A stretch of 64,000 nucleotides of DNA from an uncultured Balneolaceae bacterium (GTDB lineage Bacteria; Bacteroidota; Rhodothermia; Balneolales; Balneolaceae). The stretch is taken from contig CAYVBJ010000013.1 in NCBI GenBank assembly GCA_964449075.1, positions 12,436 through 76,435 of the forward strand, in the 5' to 3' direction. Both the position numbers and the translations under genes were made by a program. Position 1 is the stretch's first letter. Every line of letters starts with the position of its first letter. The notes beneath the pieces were generated by a model that saw nothing but the letters and a program-made list of their open reading frames with translations, ran no database searches and was not told the origin of the DNA. Positions 47,478-57,258 of this stretch are shown one piece after another.

Positions 47478-49826
47478 ATGCTTAGCAATCTGAAATTCAT
47501 TTATCTTTTGCTGTTATTTATGCTTTCTGCCGGAGGACAGATCTCAGCACAGCAGCTGGGAACCTGGAGAGCCAGCACTTCTTTCAACAGCATTACAGAT
47601 ATTACAGCCTCTGATAACAGTACCATTTGGGCAGCTACTACGGGCGGACTTATGTCGGTCGAAAACGGGGAGGTTTCCGGTACATTTACCACAGTGAACG
47701 GGATGCATCGCCTGAGTCCGGATGTTATTGAATTTGATTCTGGTAATAACAGGTTATTCCTTGGATATGTTGATGGAATGATTGATATATTTGATATCGA
47801 TACTCAAGAGTTTACCAGGCTAGAGGATATCTTCAGAGCTTCATCATTTACTACAAGGTCTGTTAACCAGATGAAGGTTCGTGATCAGCAGCTTTTTGTT
47901 GCCACGTCGTTTGGGATTGTTGTTTTCAATCTGAATACTCTGTTTGTGGAAGATACATTTTCAAAACTTGGAGAGTTTGATCGTGCGATTAATATCAATG
48001 CGATAACATTTGTAAACAATAATTTATGGGCTGCCACCCAGCAGGGAGTGGCCACCGGTTCCCTGGATACCAATCTTGCAACAGATGAGAACTGGATTAA
48101 TTTTGATAGTTCCGGCGGATTTGTCGATTTACCCGTTCGGGCGATCGAATCGCTCGGCGGACGTATCTTTGCCTCAACGGATGACCGCAACTTCGAATTT
48201 AATGGTCTGGAGTGGTCTGAGAGTACTCTCTTTACGGGAACAAATGTTATTAAATTTAAAAAAGGTACAAGTTCAGAAAGTATAATCGGAATCCAGGAGC
48301 GCCGGCTGATTCTTGTGGATGAAACGTTTGAACGGGAGATCCGGAACGTGAATACGTCCCGCCTGACATCCGGATTTTTGATCGATGACAATTTCCGGTT
48401 TCAGCTTTTTGCAGGATCTGCAATAGATGGCCTGGGGGTATCTGCAAATTCTGATACCGGTTTTCGGTTTATCTCGCCTGAAGGGCCAAGTGTAAATCTG
48501 ATCGATGGAATGACTTTCGATGAAAATACTCTGATCTCCGGCACCTCCCGTTTTTCTGACAGGGATGCCACAATTGATAATACGAAAGGGTACCTGATAA
48601 GAAGGGAAGGAGAGTGGAATGCGTTTAATATCAATAACACCAGTACGCTTGCAGAAAACCGGTTTGATCTTGTTTTTACAACTGCTGTAACCGACTCTTT
48701 TTACTATTTTGGAAGCTGGGGAAGAGGAATTGCGAGGCACGAGAAAGAGACGGATGAAATCAGAATTTTCAATAATGAAAATTCCACACTGGAAGGCTGG
48801 GTTGCCGATGATCCGGGTTTTCCGGTTATCAGTGGATTGCAGGCAGACAGTGAAGGACGCGTATGGGCGGTAAGCCGTTTTGGTTCCACCCCGCTCTACA
48901 ACCAGCTGCCAGGTGACGAAGACTGGGTTAATTTTGCACCGCTTGGTGGATTGTCCTCTTCAGATTTATACGTAGGCCTCTTTATTGATTCGAGAGACTG
49001 GAAGTGGGTATCTCTGCAGTCAAACAGAAGAATTGGCCAGGGGATGGTGATTATTGATACAGGTGATCCGAATGATGAATCGGACCAGAGAGGTATAAAG
49101 CTGGTTGATGATTTCAACCAGGGGAATTTGCCAAACAACCAGGTCACCGCAATTATTGAAGATTTAAATGGTGAAGTGTGGATCGGGACTGAGCGTGGCA
49201 TCGCAAAATTTGTGATACCCCAATTTATACTGGATGGATCACCCAATGATATCAGGGCACAATGGCTTATCAATGCAGATACAACTGCGGCTTCTCCTTT
49301 TCTGCTAAGAGATATTCAGGTAACAGCGATGGCTGTTAACGGGGCCAATCAAAAGTGGGTTGGCACATCCAATGAAGGTGTTTTCCTGTTAAATGAACAG
49401 GGAAACAGAATACTGAATCAATTTACAACTGAAAATAGTCCGCTGCTTTCCAACGATATTCAGTCAATGGCTGTAAATCCTGAAAACGGCGAACTTTTTA
49501 TTTCCACCAGTGTGGGGCTGATCTCTTTCCTGGATGTTCCGCGAATTGCAGAAACCAGTATGGACAAGCTAAAAGTATTTCCAAATCCATTTGTCTATGA
49601 CCGGCACGACAGAATATTTATAGACGGAATGTCTCAGGAAACAAAAGTGAGAATTCTTGCATCCAACGGATCACTTATTCAGACGATTGAGGCAAGAGGG
49701 GGCAGAATTGAATGGAATGCAAGAGACTTTGAGGGAAAACGGGTAGGGTCTGGTGTATATCTTGTTGTTGCAATTGATGAAAACAACAGTGAAAGGGGTG
49801 TAGGAAAAGTGGTAATCATACGCTAA
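47478..49826 (+). CDS. Two-propeller secreted protein with a T9SS C-terminal sorting domain (PorZ-like)
   Basis: 782 aa with a signal peptide and repeated two-component-regulator-propeller-like blades (WAATxxGL, WIGTERGI, WVGTSNEGV). The C-terminus KVFPNPFVYDR...GSGVYLVVAIDENN...GKVVIIR is typical of type-A T9SS CTDs. Size and architecture match PorZ (recall). Confidence 0.55.
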   Translation: MLSNLKFIYLLLLFMLSAGGQISAQQLGTWRASTSFNSITDITASDNSTIWAATTGGLMSVENGEVSGTFTTVNGMHRLSPDVIEFDSGNNRLFLGYVDGMIDIFDIDTQEFTRLEDIFRASSFTTRSVNQMKVRDQQLFVATSFGIVVFNLNTLFVEDTFSKLGEFDRAININAITFVNNNLWAATQQGVATGSLDTNLATDENWINFDSSGGFVDLPVRAIESLGGRIFASTDDRNFEFNGLEWSESTLFTGTNVIKFKKGTSSESIIGIQERRLILVDETFEREIRNVNTSRLTSGFLIDDNFRFQLFAGSAIDGLGVSANSDTGFRFISPEGPSVNLIDGMTFDENTLISGTSRFSDRDATIDNTKGYLIRREGEWNAFNINNTSTLAENRFDLVFTTAVTDSFYYFGSWGRGIARHEKETDEIRIFNNENSTLEGWVADDPGFPVISGLQADSEGRVWAVSRFGSTPLYNQLPGDEDWVNFAPLGGLSSSDLYVGLFIDSRDWKWVSLQSNRRIGQGMVIIDTGDPNDESDQRGIKLVDDFNQGNLPNNQVTAIIEDLNGEVWIGTERGIAKFVIPQFILDGSPNDIRAQWLINADTTAASPFLLRDIQVTAMAVNGANQKWVGTSNEGVFLLNEQGNRILNQFTTENSPLLSNDIQSMAVNPENGELFISTSVGLISFLDVPRIAETSMDKLKVFPNPFVYDRHDRIFIDGMSQETKVRILASNGSLIQTIEARGGRIEWNARDFEGKRVGSGVYLVVAIDENNSERGVGKVVIIR

Positions 49827-49830
49827 GATC

Positions 49831-51942
49831 ATGAGTAAACCGGCCGGGTATGACATTACGATTATCATCGTCAACTACAATGTAAAAGAGTTCCTGGCTA
49901 ACTGCCTGCGATCGGTTGAAAATGCATCCCGGGGATTGAATACAGAGTGTATTGTAGTAGATAACGCCTCAAAAGATGGCTCCCTGGAATTTCTCAAAAA
50001 TCGCTTCAAAGACGTTCGGTATATTGAAAATTCTGAAAATTATGGATTTGGAAAAGCAAATAATCAGGCAATACGTGAAGCAAAAGGGAAATACACACTT
50101 CTTCTGAATCCTGATACACTTCTCCAGGAAGATACACTCAGAGTTCTGATCCGTCATATGGACGAAAACAGTGACTGTGGGGCATGTGGTTGCAAAATTG
50201 TAAATCCGGATGGTACGTTTGCCCCGGAATCGAGAAGGACTGTCCCGACAATATCAACAGCACTTTTCAAGGCATCAGGACTCACTGCCCTGTTTCCGGA
50301 AAGCCGGTTATTTGGCAGGTACTATGAAAGCTGGAAAAATGAGAATGAACCGGGAGAGATTGAAGTATTATCGGGTTCTTTTATGTTTTTTCGCAGCAGT
50401 GCATTAAAGGAAGCAGGCGGTTTTGATGAACGTTTTTTTATGTATGCGGAGGATATTGATCTCTGTTACCGTGTCAGGAAAAATGGCTGGAGAATCGACT
50501 ATGTACCCGAAACTTCCATTATTCACTACAAGGGAGAGAGCTCAAAACAGAATAACATGCAGTATGTACGTCATTTTAACCGGTCTCTTTACCTCTTCTT
50601 CGAAAAGCATTATTCATCCAGGTATTCGTCCTTTTTCAGACTCATGGTTTTTATTGCCATTTTTATCAGATCGATTGTCTCAATGAGTTCAGTATTCATC
50701 AAAAAACATCGCTTTGTGATTGTTGATCTGCTGATCCTTAACCTGGCACTTCTGATCAGCTACGCAGCGAGGTTTAACTTTGATCCGGTTGAAATTTCAA
50801 ACCGGGTTCGATTTGAATTTTTGTCACTGAATCTCATTTTGTCAATATTCTATCTTATCTACGGTCAGCTATTTGGTATCGTCAGCAAGCACAGGTACTC
50901 TGTGATTGGCAGTCTGAAAGCTGTGGTGATGAGTTTTGCAACGCTGGCCGTGATTGCCTTTTTTGCAAGGGAACTTGCTTTTTCTCGTATAATATTTGCA
51001 GTAAGCGGAGTTTTGGGTTTTTTCTCAGTTGCCCTGGTACGTATACTGCGCCTGAATTTTTCCAAAGATTCGGTATCTGCCAGGGGGCGTTTCAAAACGC
51101 CGGGAATACTGATAGCGGGGGTAAGTGAAAAGACTGCAGACCTGGTAAGGAAGATTTCTGCTAATGCCGGCAGACAAAAAAAGATACTTGGAATTATTCA
51201 CCAGGAAAAGTGGGACGGTAAAACCGAGATTGAAGGTGTATCGGTAATCGGGTCCATTCAACAACTGCCGGAGCTGATCAGGGCTACAGAAGCTGATCAA
51301 ATATACTACCTTACAGATGCTCTTTCGTTCAGTGAAATCCTGAAATCGCTTGAAAAAATCAAATACCTGGATGCTGAATCGAAAATTGTCTCATCAGATA
51401 TCAACTTTTTACTTGGGAAAGCTAATGTTGAATACCTGGATGATATTGCTGTTATAGAGGCTGATATGTCGTTTTTAAATCCGCTGCAACGCTTTTTGAA
51501 AAGAGCTTTTGATATCGTATTTAGTTTTACAGCGATTCTGCTGCTGACCCCCTTTGTCTTTTTCGGCTGGCTGATGCACAAAAACAAATCCGGAAAAATT
51601 CCTTGCTACGATGGCAAGAAAATGACATCAATGACTCTTCTGAAACCTGTTCGTGATCATAAGTGGGTGAACCGGTGGCTCTGCTGTTTGCACGTATTGA
51701 CCGGTAAGATCAGCTTCACAGGTTCGGATTTAATCCTGGCGGGCGGTAACGGATATAATTACAAATATAAAAGCGGTCTCACAGGTTACTGGCAACTGCA
51801 TAAGAATGATAATTATATCTCTGAGAACCGGCAGAGATTTGATTTGTACTATCTTCAGAACTATTCGGTATGGTTTGATGTGGATATTCTGATTAAATCG
51901 TTTTTAAACGGATCGATCCTGGATCAGTTCTCAGAGCTATAA
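49831..51942 (+). CDS. Fusion protein: N-terminal GT2 glycosyltransferase, polytopic middle, C-terminal degenerate sugar-phosphotransferase (PGT)-like domain
   Basis: 703 aa. GT2 motifs ITIIIVNYN, VVDNASKDGS and YAEDIDLCYR. The C-terminus aligns with the bacterial sugar transferase family (LKRAFDIVFSFTAILLLTPF..., KSGLTGYWQL, DLYYLQNYSVWFDVDILIKS) but lacks the KFRTM and DELPQ motifs. Confidence 0.75.
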   Translation: MSKPAGYDITIIIVNYNVKEFLANCLRSVENASRGLNTECIVVDNASKDGSLEFLKNRFKDVRYIENSENYGFGKANNQAIREAKGKYTLLLNPDTLLQEDTLRVLIRHMDENSDCGACGCKIVNPDGTFAPESRRTVPTISTALFKASGLTALFPESRLFGRYYESWKNENEPGEIEVLSGSFMFFRSSALKEAGGFDERFFMYAEDIDLCYRVRKNGWRIDYVPETSIIHYKGESSKQNNMQYVRHFNRSLYLFFEKHYSSRYSSFFRLMVFIAIFIRSIVSMSSVFIKKHRFVIVDLLILNLALLISYAARFNFDPVEISNRVRFEFLSLNLILSIFYLIYGQLFGIVSKHRYSVIGSLKAVVMSFATLAVIAFFARELAFSRIIFAVSGVLGFFSVALVRILRLNFSKDSVSARGRFKTPGILIAGVSEKTADLVRKISANAGRQKKILGIIHQEKWDGKTEIEGVSVIGSIQQLPELIRATEADQIYYLTDALSFSEILKSLEKIKYLDAESKIVSSDINFLLGKANVEYLDDIAVIEADMSFLNPLQRFLKRAFDIVFSFTAILLLTPFVFFGWLMHKNKSGKIPCYDGKKMTSMTLLKPVRDHKWVNRWLCCLHVLTGKISFTGSDLILAGGNGYNYKYKSGLTGYWQLHKNDNYISENRQRFDLYYLQNYSVWFDVDILIKSFLNGSILDQFSEL

Positions 51943-52160
51943 ATTGCTTTCTAAGACTTGTCTCTGATAGCTTTTTGATACAATCCCGGTGATTTCTCTC
52001 GTTGAGTCTCGCAGATAAATCCGCAGTGTTGCGCTGATGTTTTATTTTGCCACGAGGGCACGATGACACAAGGTTTCACGAGGATTTATTGATTGCTTTC
52101 TGCATACTGTTAACTGTCTGTTTTTACAATTCCATAAATCCGTGCAAACCGGTTAATTGT

Positions 52161-53288
52161 TCAAATTCTTGAATCAACTGTCTTTGACATATCATCATAC
52201 CAGCCGGCAAATGAATTGTCTTTGATCCGGTTCCTGATCTCCTGCATCAGCCAAAGATAAAATGTGAGATTGTGCAAAGAGGCGAGCTCAAGCCCCAGGA
52301 TCTCATTACACCGGAAGAGATGGTGCATGTAACTCATATTGTATTTGCTGCAGAGATCAGTCGGGAAATCAGTATCAAACGGTTTGTGATGGTGTTTCCA
52401 TTTGGCATTCCGGATATTGATGGTACCGTGCTTTGTGAAAAGCATGCCGTTGCGGGCATTCCTGGTTGGCATCACGCAATCAAACATGTCGATACCGAGC
52501 GCCACACACTGCAGCAGGTTGGCCGGTGTTCCAACACCCATAAGATAACGCGGTTTGTCGGCAGGAAGGACGTCAGTGTTCAGGTTTGTCATCTCGTACA
52601 TCAGTTCGGCAGGCTCGCCCACGCTGAGTCCGCCAATCGCGAGACCCTCAAAATCCAGGGAGGCCATATATTCAGAGGATTCTTTCCGAAGATCGGGAAA
52701 GGTTCCGCCCTGAACAATCCCAAACTGAAACTGACTGTGGCTGTAAAGTGATGTTGTCCGGTTAAAAGCATTTCGCCCGCGTTTAGCCCATCGGTGGGTG
52801 AGTTCCATGGAGTTTTTCACGTACCCGTAATCGGCAGGGTAGGGAGGACATTCGTCCAGGATCATGATAATATCTGAACCGAGGGTTCGCTGAATATCAA
52901 CAATATTTTCTGCTGTAAAGAGATGTTTCGATCCATCAAGGTGGCTTTTAAAGTGAGCCCCCTCCTCAGTCAGCTCACGATTATCAGAGAGTGAGAATAT
53001 CTGGTACCCACCCGAATCGGTAAGAATGGGCTTCTCCCAGTTTATGAATTTATGCAGTCCGCCGGCATCCTTCATGATATCAAGGCCGGGACGAAGGTAA
53101 AGATGGTAGGTGTTTCCCAGTATGATTTGAGCTTTCACTTTGTTTACCAGCTCGTCCTGTTTTACCGCTTTTACTGAGCCGACAGTTCCCACAGGCATAA
53201 AAATCGGAGTTTCAATTTTGCCGTGATCTGTATCAAGAATTCCCAGGCGGGCTTTGGTTTTTCCGGAGGTTTTTAAATGAGTAAACAA
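52161..53288 (-). CDS. tgt: tRNA-guanine transglycosylase (queuine tRNA-ribosyltransferase)
   Basis: 375 aa with LTDSGGYQIFSL, YLMGVGTP, GIDMFDCVMPTRNARNG and SYMHHLFRCNEILG, all canonical Tgt blocks. Confidence 0.95.
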   Translation of the reverse strand: MFTHLKTSGKTKARLGILDTDHGKIETPIFMPVGTVGSVKAVKQDELVNKVKAQIILGNTYHLYLRPGLDIMKDAGGLHKFINWEKPILTDSGGYQIFSLSDNRELTEEGAHFKSHLDGSKHLFTAENIVDIQRTLGSDIIMILDECPPYPADYGYVKNSMELTHRWAKRGRNAFNRTTSLYSHSQFQFGIVQGGTFPDLRKESSEYMASLDFEGLAIGGLSVGEPAELMYEMTNLNTDVLPADKPRYLMGVGTPANLLQCVALGIDMFDCVMPTRNARNGMLFTKHGTINIRNAKWKHHHKPFDTDFPTDLCSKYNMSYMHHLFRCNEILGLELASLHNLTFYLWLMQEIRNRIKDNSFAGWYDDMSKTVDSRI

Positions 53289-53379
53289 GTGAGTTATGGA
53301 AATTAATTATAAATTTGTTTTAGGATGCTGAAAAATCGTTATTTTCATTGTCCATTAATAATAATTTTCGAAAAATAGT

Positions 53380-54789
53380 TTGCCAAGAATAAATCGTTTC
53401 AGAGAAATCACGTTTACTTTTCTTCTGGATGCCTTGATTCTGTGTCTTGCCTGGTTTCTGTTTTATATCACGGAGACCCGCATGCTGGATCAATTTATAG
53501 AAAGAAGTAGTTTTACCCCGCTTACATTGGGTTTTGTGCATGTGGCTTTCTGGCTCACAGTTACTTCAGGAATGGGACTTTATAAAAAGTTATACCTCAT
53601 TTCCAGGTTCGACGAGTTCCTGAAGGTATTGAAGGCCACGATTACAGGTACATTAATTTTGTATTTTGTTTCCACACTCGATCCCAGAATTAACTTCCAG
53701 GACGCAATAAGCACAACGGCTATTTATTTCTTTTATGTAGGATTTTGTCTTTCTGTTAACCGGTTTGTAATCCGAACTGTTCAGCGAATGTATGCAGTGA
53801 GGGGAAAAGGACTGCACAGGGCCATTATTGTAGGTACGGGAAAATCAGCCCAAACGGTTTTTGAAGATCTTCAAAGAAATAAAACTCTTGGTATGCAGGT
53901 GTTGGGTTTTATTCATCTTAACGGCAAAGCAGGGGAATCGGAACCGCTGGTTAATGAAAAAGAGATTTTAGGTGAATTATCGGAAATCGGATCGGTGATC
54001 AGCAATCTAGAGATACAGGAGGTGATTGTTGCCCTGGAACCGGAACGAAGAGAAGACCTGGTACGTGTTATCAGCAGTGTGGATTATCCCGACATATCAC
54101 TGAAACTTCTGCCCGACTTTTTTCAGCTTGTGAACGGTCTCAATAAAACCAATCAAATTTTTGGACTTCCTCTTGTTGACGTATCACCTGCGCCTCTTTC
54201 TTACCATGAACGATTTTTAAAACGAATGCTTGATGTAATCGTTTCCCTGGTTGTGCTCCTGTTATCGATACCACTTATAATTATTATATCGATTTTGATT
54301 AAGACTACTTCAGAAGGCCCGGTTATTTATCGTCAAAAGAGGGTTGGGCGTAACGGCAGAAATTTCACGATGTATAAATTCAGAACAATGATAGATAATG
54401 CCGAAGCAAAGAGCGGGCCAACATGGGCCAGTGACAACGATCCGAGAATTACAAATGTTGGCCAGTGGCTTCGAAAATTACGACTGGATGAGTTACCACA
54501 ATTTATAAATGTATTGAAAGGTGATATGAGTCTGGTAGGTCCTCGTCCGGAAAGGCCGCATTTTGTCGAAAAATTTCAGAAACAGATTCCTCTGTACACA
54601 AGACGCCTTCGGGTTAAGCCCGGAATTACAGGCTGGGCACAGGTTAAGTGGAAATATGACACCTCTCTCGATGATGTCATTGAAAAAACAAAATACGATC
54701 TTTTTTATGTAGAAAATATGTCTTTGAGAATGGATTTCAAGATCTTGATAAATACAATTTTTACTGTTGTAAGAGCCAAGGGGAAGTAA
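53380..54789 (+). CDS. Polyprenyl-phosphate glycosyl-1-phosphate transferase (WbaP-like PGT)
   Basis: 469 aa with N-terminal TM helices, a CoA-binding-like middle domain, and an intact C-terminal catalytic domain (YKFRTM, LDELPQFINVLKGDMSLVGPRPERP, KPGITGWAQV). The ORF-track start is a TTG, so the true start is uncertain. Confidence 0.85.
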   Translation: MPRINRFREITFTFLLDALILCLAWFLFYITETRMLDQFIERSSFTPLTLGFVHVAFWLTVTSGMGLYKKLYLISRFDEFLKVLKATITGTLILYFVSTLDPRINFQDAISTTAIYFFYVGFCLSVNRFVIRTVQRMYAVRGKGLHRAIIVGTGKSAQTVFEDLQRNKTLGMQVLGFIHLNGKAGESEPLVNEKEILGELSEIGSVISNLEIQEVIVALEPERREDLVRVISSVDYPDISLKLLPDFFQLVNGLNKTNQIFGLPLVDVSPAPLSYHERFLKRMLDVIVSLVVLLLSIPLIIIISILIKTTSEGPVIYRQKRVGRNGRNFTMYKFRTMIDNAEAKSGPTWASDNDPRITNVGQWLRKLRLDELPQFINVLKGDMSLVGPRPERPHFVEKFQKQIPLYTRRLRVKPGITGWAQVKWKYDTSLDDVIEKTKYDLFYVENMSLRMDFKILINTIFTVVRAKGK

Positions 54790-54790
54790 A

Positions 54791-55522
54791 GTGAAAAGCA
54801 GAAACTCATTAGTAATTATTCCCACTTTCAACGAAGCTCATAACATCAGCAAGATGATAGACAATATTATGAATTTGCCTGTCTGGGTTGATTTACTGAT
54901 TGTGGATGATAATTCGCCCGATGGAACAGCTGAAATTGTCCGGCAAAAACAGAAGTTATACGAAAACAGAATTCATTTAATAGAGCGACAGGAAAAGTGT
55001 GGTTTGGGAACAGCGTATGTAAGAGGGTTCAGGTTTGCTCTTGAACATGAATACCAGTTTATATGCGAAATGGATGCTGATTTTTCACACAACCCGGAAG
55101 ATCTTCCAAAACTTATTGAACCAGTCCAAAAAGGTGAAGCAGATGTCGCTATCGGGTCCAGATATTCTGATGGAATCAGTATTGTAAACTGGCCGCTGAG
55201 CCGGCTAATTTTATCGTACGGGGCAAACCTTTATGCCCGCTTTATTACAGGTCTCCCTATCAAGGATACCACTGCCGGGTTTAAATGCATAAGGCGGGAG
55301 GTACTTGAACACATCGATATTGATAAAATCAGATCGAATGGTTACGCATTTCAAATCGAAATACATTTCAGGGCCTGGAATGCAGGTTTCAAACTGAAAG
55401 AAGTTTCAATCATATTCAGGGAAAGGGAAGAAGGAGAATCCAAGATGAGTAAATCGATTGTGCGTGAAGCGGTTTGGAGGGTCTGGGCTCTGAAGTTCAG
55501 AAGCCTTACAGGATCTCTCTGA
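54791..55522 (+). CDS. Polyprenol-phosphate mannosyl/glycosyl transferase (GT2, Dpm1/Ppm1-like)
   Basis: 243 aa with LVIIPTFNEAHNI, IVDDNSPDGT and EMDADFSH. The GTG start is 1 nt after the PGT stop. Confidence 0.85.
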   Translation: MKSRNSLVIIPTFNEAHNISKMIDNIMNLPVWVDLLIVDDNSPDGTAEIVRQKQKLYENRIHLIERQEKCGLGTAYVRGFRFALEHEYQFICEMDADFSHNPEDLPKLIEPVQKGEADVAIGSRYSDGISIVNWPLSRLILSYGANLYARFITGLPIKDTTAGFKCIRREVLEHIDIDKIRSNGYAFQIEIHFRAWNAGFKLKEVSIIFREREEGESKMSKSIVREAVWRVWALKFRSLTGSL

Positions 55523-55540
55523 ACCTGAACAGAAAGATAT

Positions 55541-55960
55541 CTAACGCCGGCGCTTTCGTTTTAATTTCTGATCCATACTGTAGCGACCCGGTCCCGTAAG
55601 AAGTAGAGCTGCAAATGCAATGGCAGCTTTGAGCGGATGCGCAATTTGAGAAAAAGAATCACCCTGGGCCACATGATGCAAAGATGCCACCGCCATTGTG
55701 ATTATTAACAGCAGAAGTGCGGGCATCATATAGAGACCGAAAATGAGCAGTATTCCGCCGAAGAATTCTGCAAAAGCCGCCATAAAACCAAAAAATACAG
55801 GCGCAAAATCAATGCCAATACTCTGCATTGCCATTCCAACCCGGCCCCACATTTCAGGACCTCCAAAAAGTTTGGGAAACCCGTGAAGTATAAACAGAAC
55901 ACCCAGTCCTACGCGGAGAAGAAGGAGTCCGAAATCGGTATATTTTCCTGAGAGATACAC
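55541..55960 (-). CDS. DoxX-family membrane protein
   Basis: 139 aa, 4 TM helices, N-terminus LLLLRVGLGVLFILHGFPKLFGG typical of DoxX. Confidence 0.8.
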   Translation of the reverse strand: MYLSGKYTDFGLLLLRVGLGVLFILHGFPKLFGGPEMWGRVGMAMQSIGIDFAPVFFGFMAAFAEFFGGILLIFGLYMMPALLLLIITMAVASLHHVAQGDSFSQIAHPLKAAIAFAALLLTGPGRYSMDQKLKRKRRR

Positions 55961-55976
55961 GCTATTTTTTTATCTT

Positions 55977-57128
55977 TTATGCGTTCTGGTTATACTTGTT
56001 ATATGATATTCTGTAGATTTTGTTCCGGTGATCATCTGATACAAGCAGAGACCCGTCGCGTAACTGGACAAGGTCAACCGGTCTTCCCAATACGGTTTCA
56101 TCCTCCTGCAGCCATCCGTCTACAAAAGGTTCGTAAGAAACTGCCTCACCTCCTTCAAGTCGAACGAGAGTTACCCTGTATCCGATTTTTTCACTTCTGT
56201 TCCAGCTTCCGTGTTCAGCAATCAGAATTTGATTCCTATATTCGTCAGGAAACATTTCGCCTTTGTAAAACAGCATTCCAAGTGCTGCAACATGCGGTCC
56301 AAGATTCTGTACCGGGGTTGTGAAATTGATATCAAGCTCTTTTCCTTTTTCTCCAAATTCGGGATCCCAAATATCATTTCCATGCAGGTAGGGATACCCG
56401 AAATGCTGTCCGGGTTCTTCAAGCCGGTTCAGTTCATCAGGAGGTATGTTATCACCCATCATATCCCGGCCATTTTCTGTAAACCATAACTCACCGGTTT
56501 CGGGATGCCAGTCGAATCCGACTGAATTTCTGACTCCTTGTGCAACTATTTCCATCTCTGAGCCATCCGGATTGATCCGGGTAATGGTGGAGAAAATCTC
56601 CTCTTCCCGTTCACAGATGTTACAGGGTGCGCCAACCGGAACATAGAGTTTATCATCCGGACCAAACGCAATATATTTCCATCCGTGATGCGTTTCTGTC
56701 GGGTATTGATCTGTTACCACTACCGGGTCAGGCGGATTTTGAAGATTATTGTCAATATCCTCAATCCGAAGAATCCTGTCGACAGCCGACACGTAGAGAT
56801 CTCCGTCTTTCCAATCTACTCCCACAGGCATATTCAGGTCGGATGCGATCGTTATCAGAGAATCAGCACGGAAATCATTATTAAGATCCAGTATAGCATA
56901 AACATTTCCTGCACCCCGTGAACCGGCATAAATCACACCATTGGGACTTACTGCCATAGCGCGCACATTGGGTACATTCTCTGCAAAAAGCTCAACCTTA
57001 AAACCTTCGGGGTACGAGAGATAATCAACCTGTCCCGGTTCAGGTGTTACAGAACCTGATCCCGTCCCGGAAGTGCACGAAAGTAAAAAACAGAGAGAAA
57101 GTAAAAGAATGCCTGCAGATGGTTTCAT
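55977..57128 (-). CDS. PQQ-dependent sugar (glucose/sorbosone) dehydrogenase-family lipoprotein
   Basis: 383 aa with lipobox FLLSCTS. Beta-propeller GSDH-like blocks (HHGWKYIAFGPDDKLYVPVGAPCN, WFTENGRDMMGDNIPPDELN, GQHFGYPY). Confidence 0.8.
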   Translation of the reverse strand: MKPSAGILLLSLCFLLSCTSGTGSGSVTPEPGQVDYLSYPEGFKVELFAENVPNVRAMAVSPNGVIYAGSRGAGNVYAILDLNNDFRADSLITIASDLNMPVGVDWKDGDLYVSAVDRILRIEDIDNNLQNPPDPVVVTDQYPTETHHGWKYIAFGPDDKLYVPVGAPCNICEREEEIFSTITRINPDGSEMEIVAQGVRNSVGFDWHPETGELWFTENGRDMMGDNIPPDELNRLEEPGQHFGYPYLHGNDIWDPEFGEKGKELDINFTTPVQNLGPHVAALGMLFYKGEMFPDEYRNQILIAEHGSWNRSEKIGYRVTLVRLEGGEAVSYEPFVDGWLQEDETVLGRPVDLVQLRDGSLLVSDDHRNKIYRISYNKYNQNA

Positions 57129-57258
57129 TAGTCAGATTAAATTAGCAGCTTTATTTATATAAAAAATTATGAACAGATTACATAATCAAACTTTTTAAAA
57201 GTTGTGAATGTTGTAAAATCACTTTAAACAGATCTGCAAAACAGTAATTATACCCGGC

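Noticed and set aside
47885-49273. Series of minus-strand ORFs (61-168 aa) inside the PorZ-like gene
   Set aside because: They are antisense to a 782-aa ORF with a signal peptide, propeller repeats and a T9SS CTD. They overlap each other in different frames.
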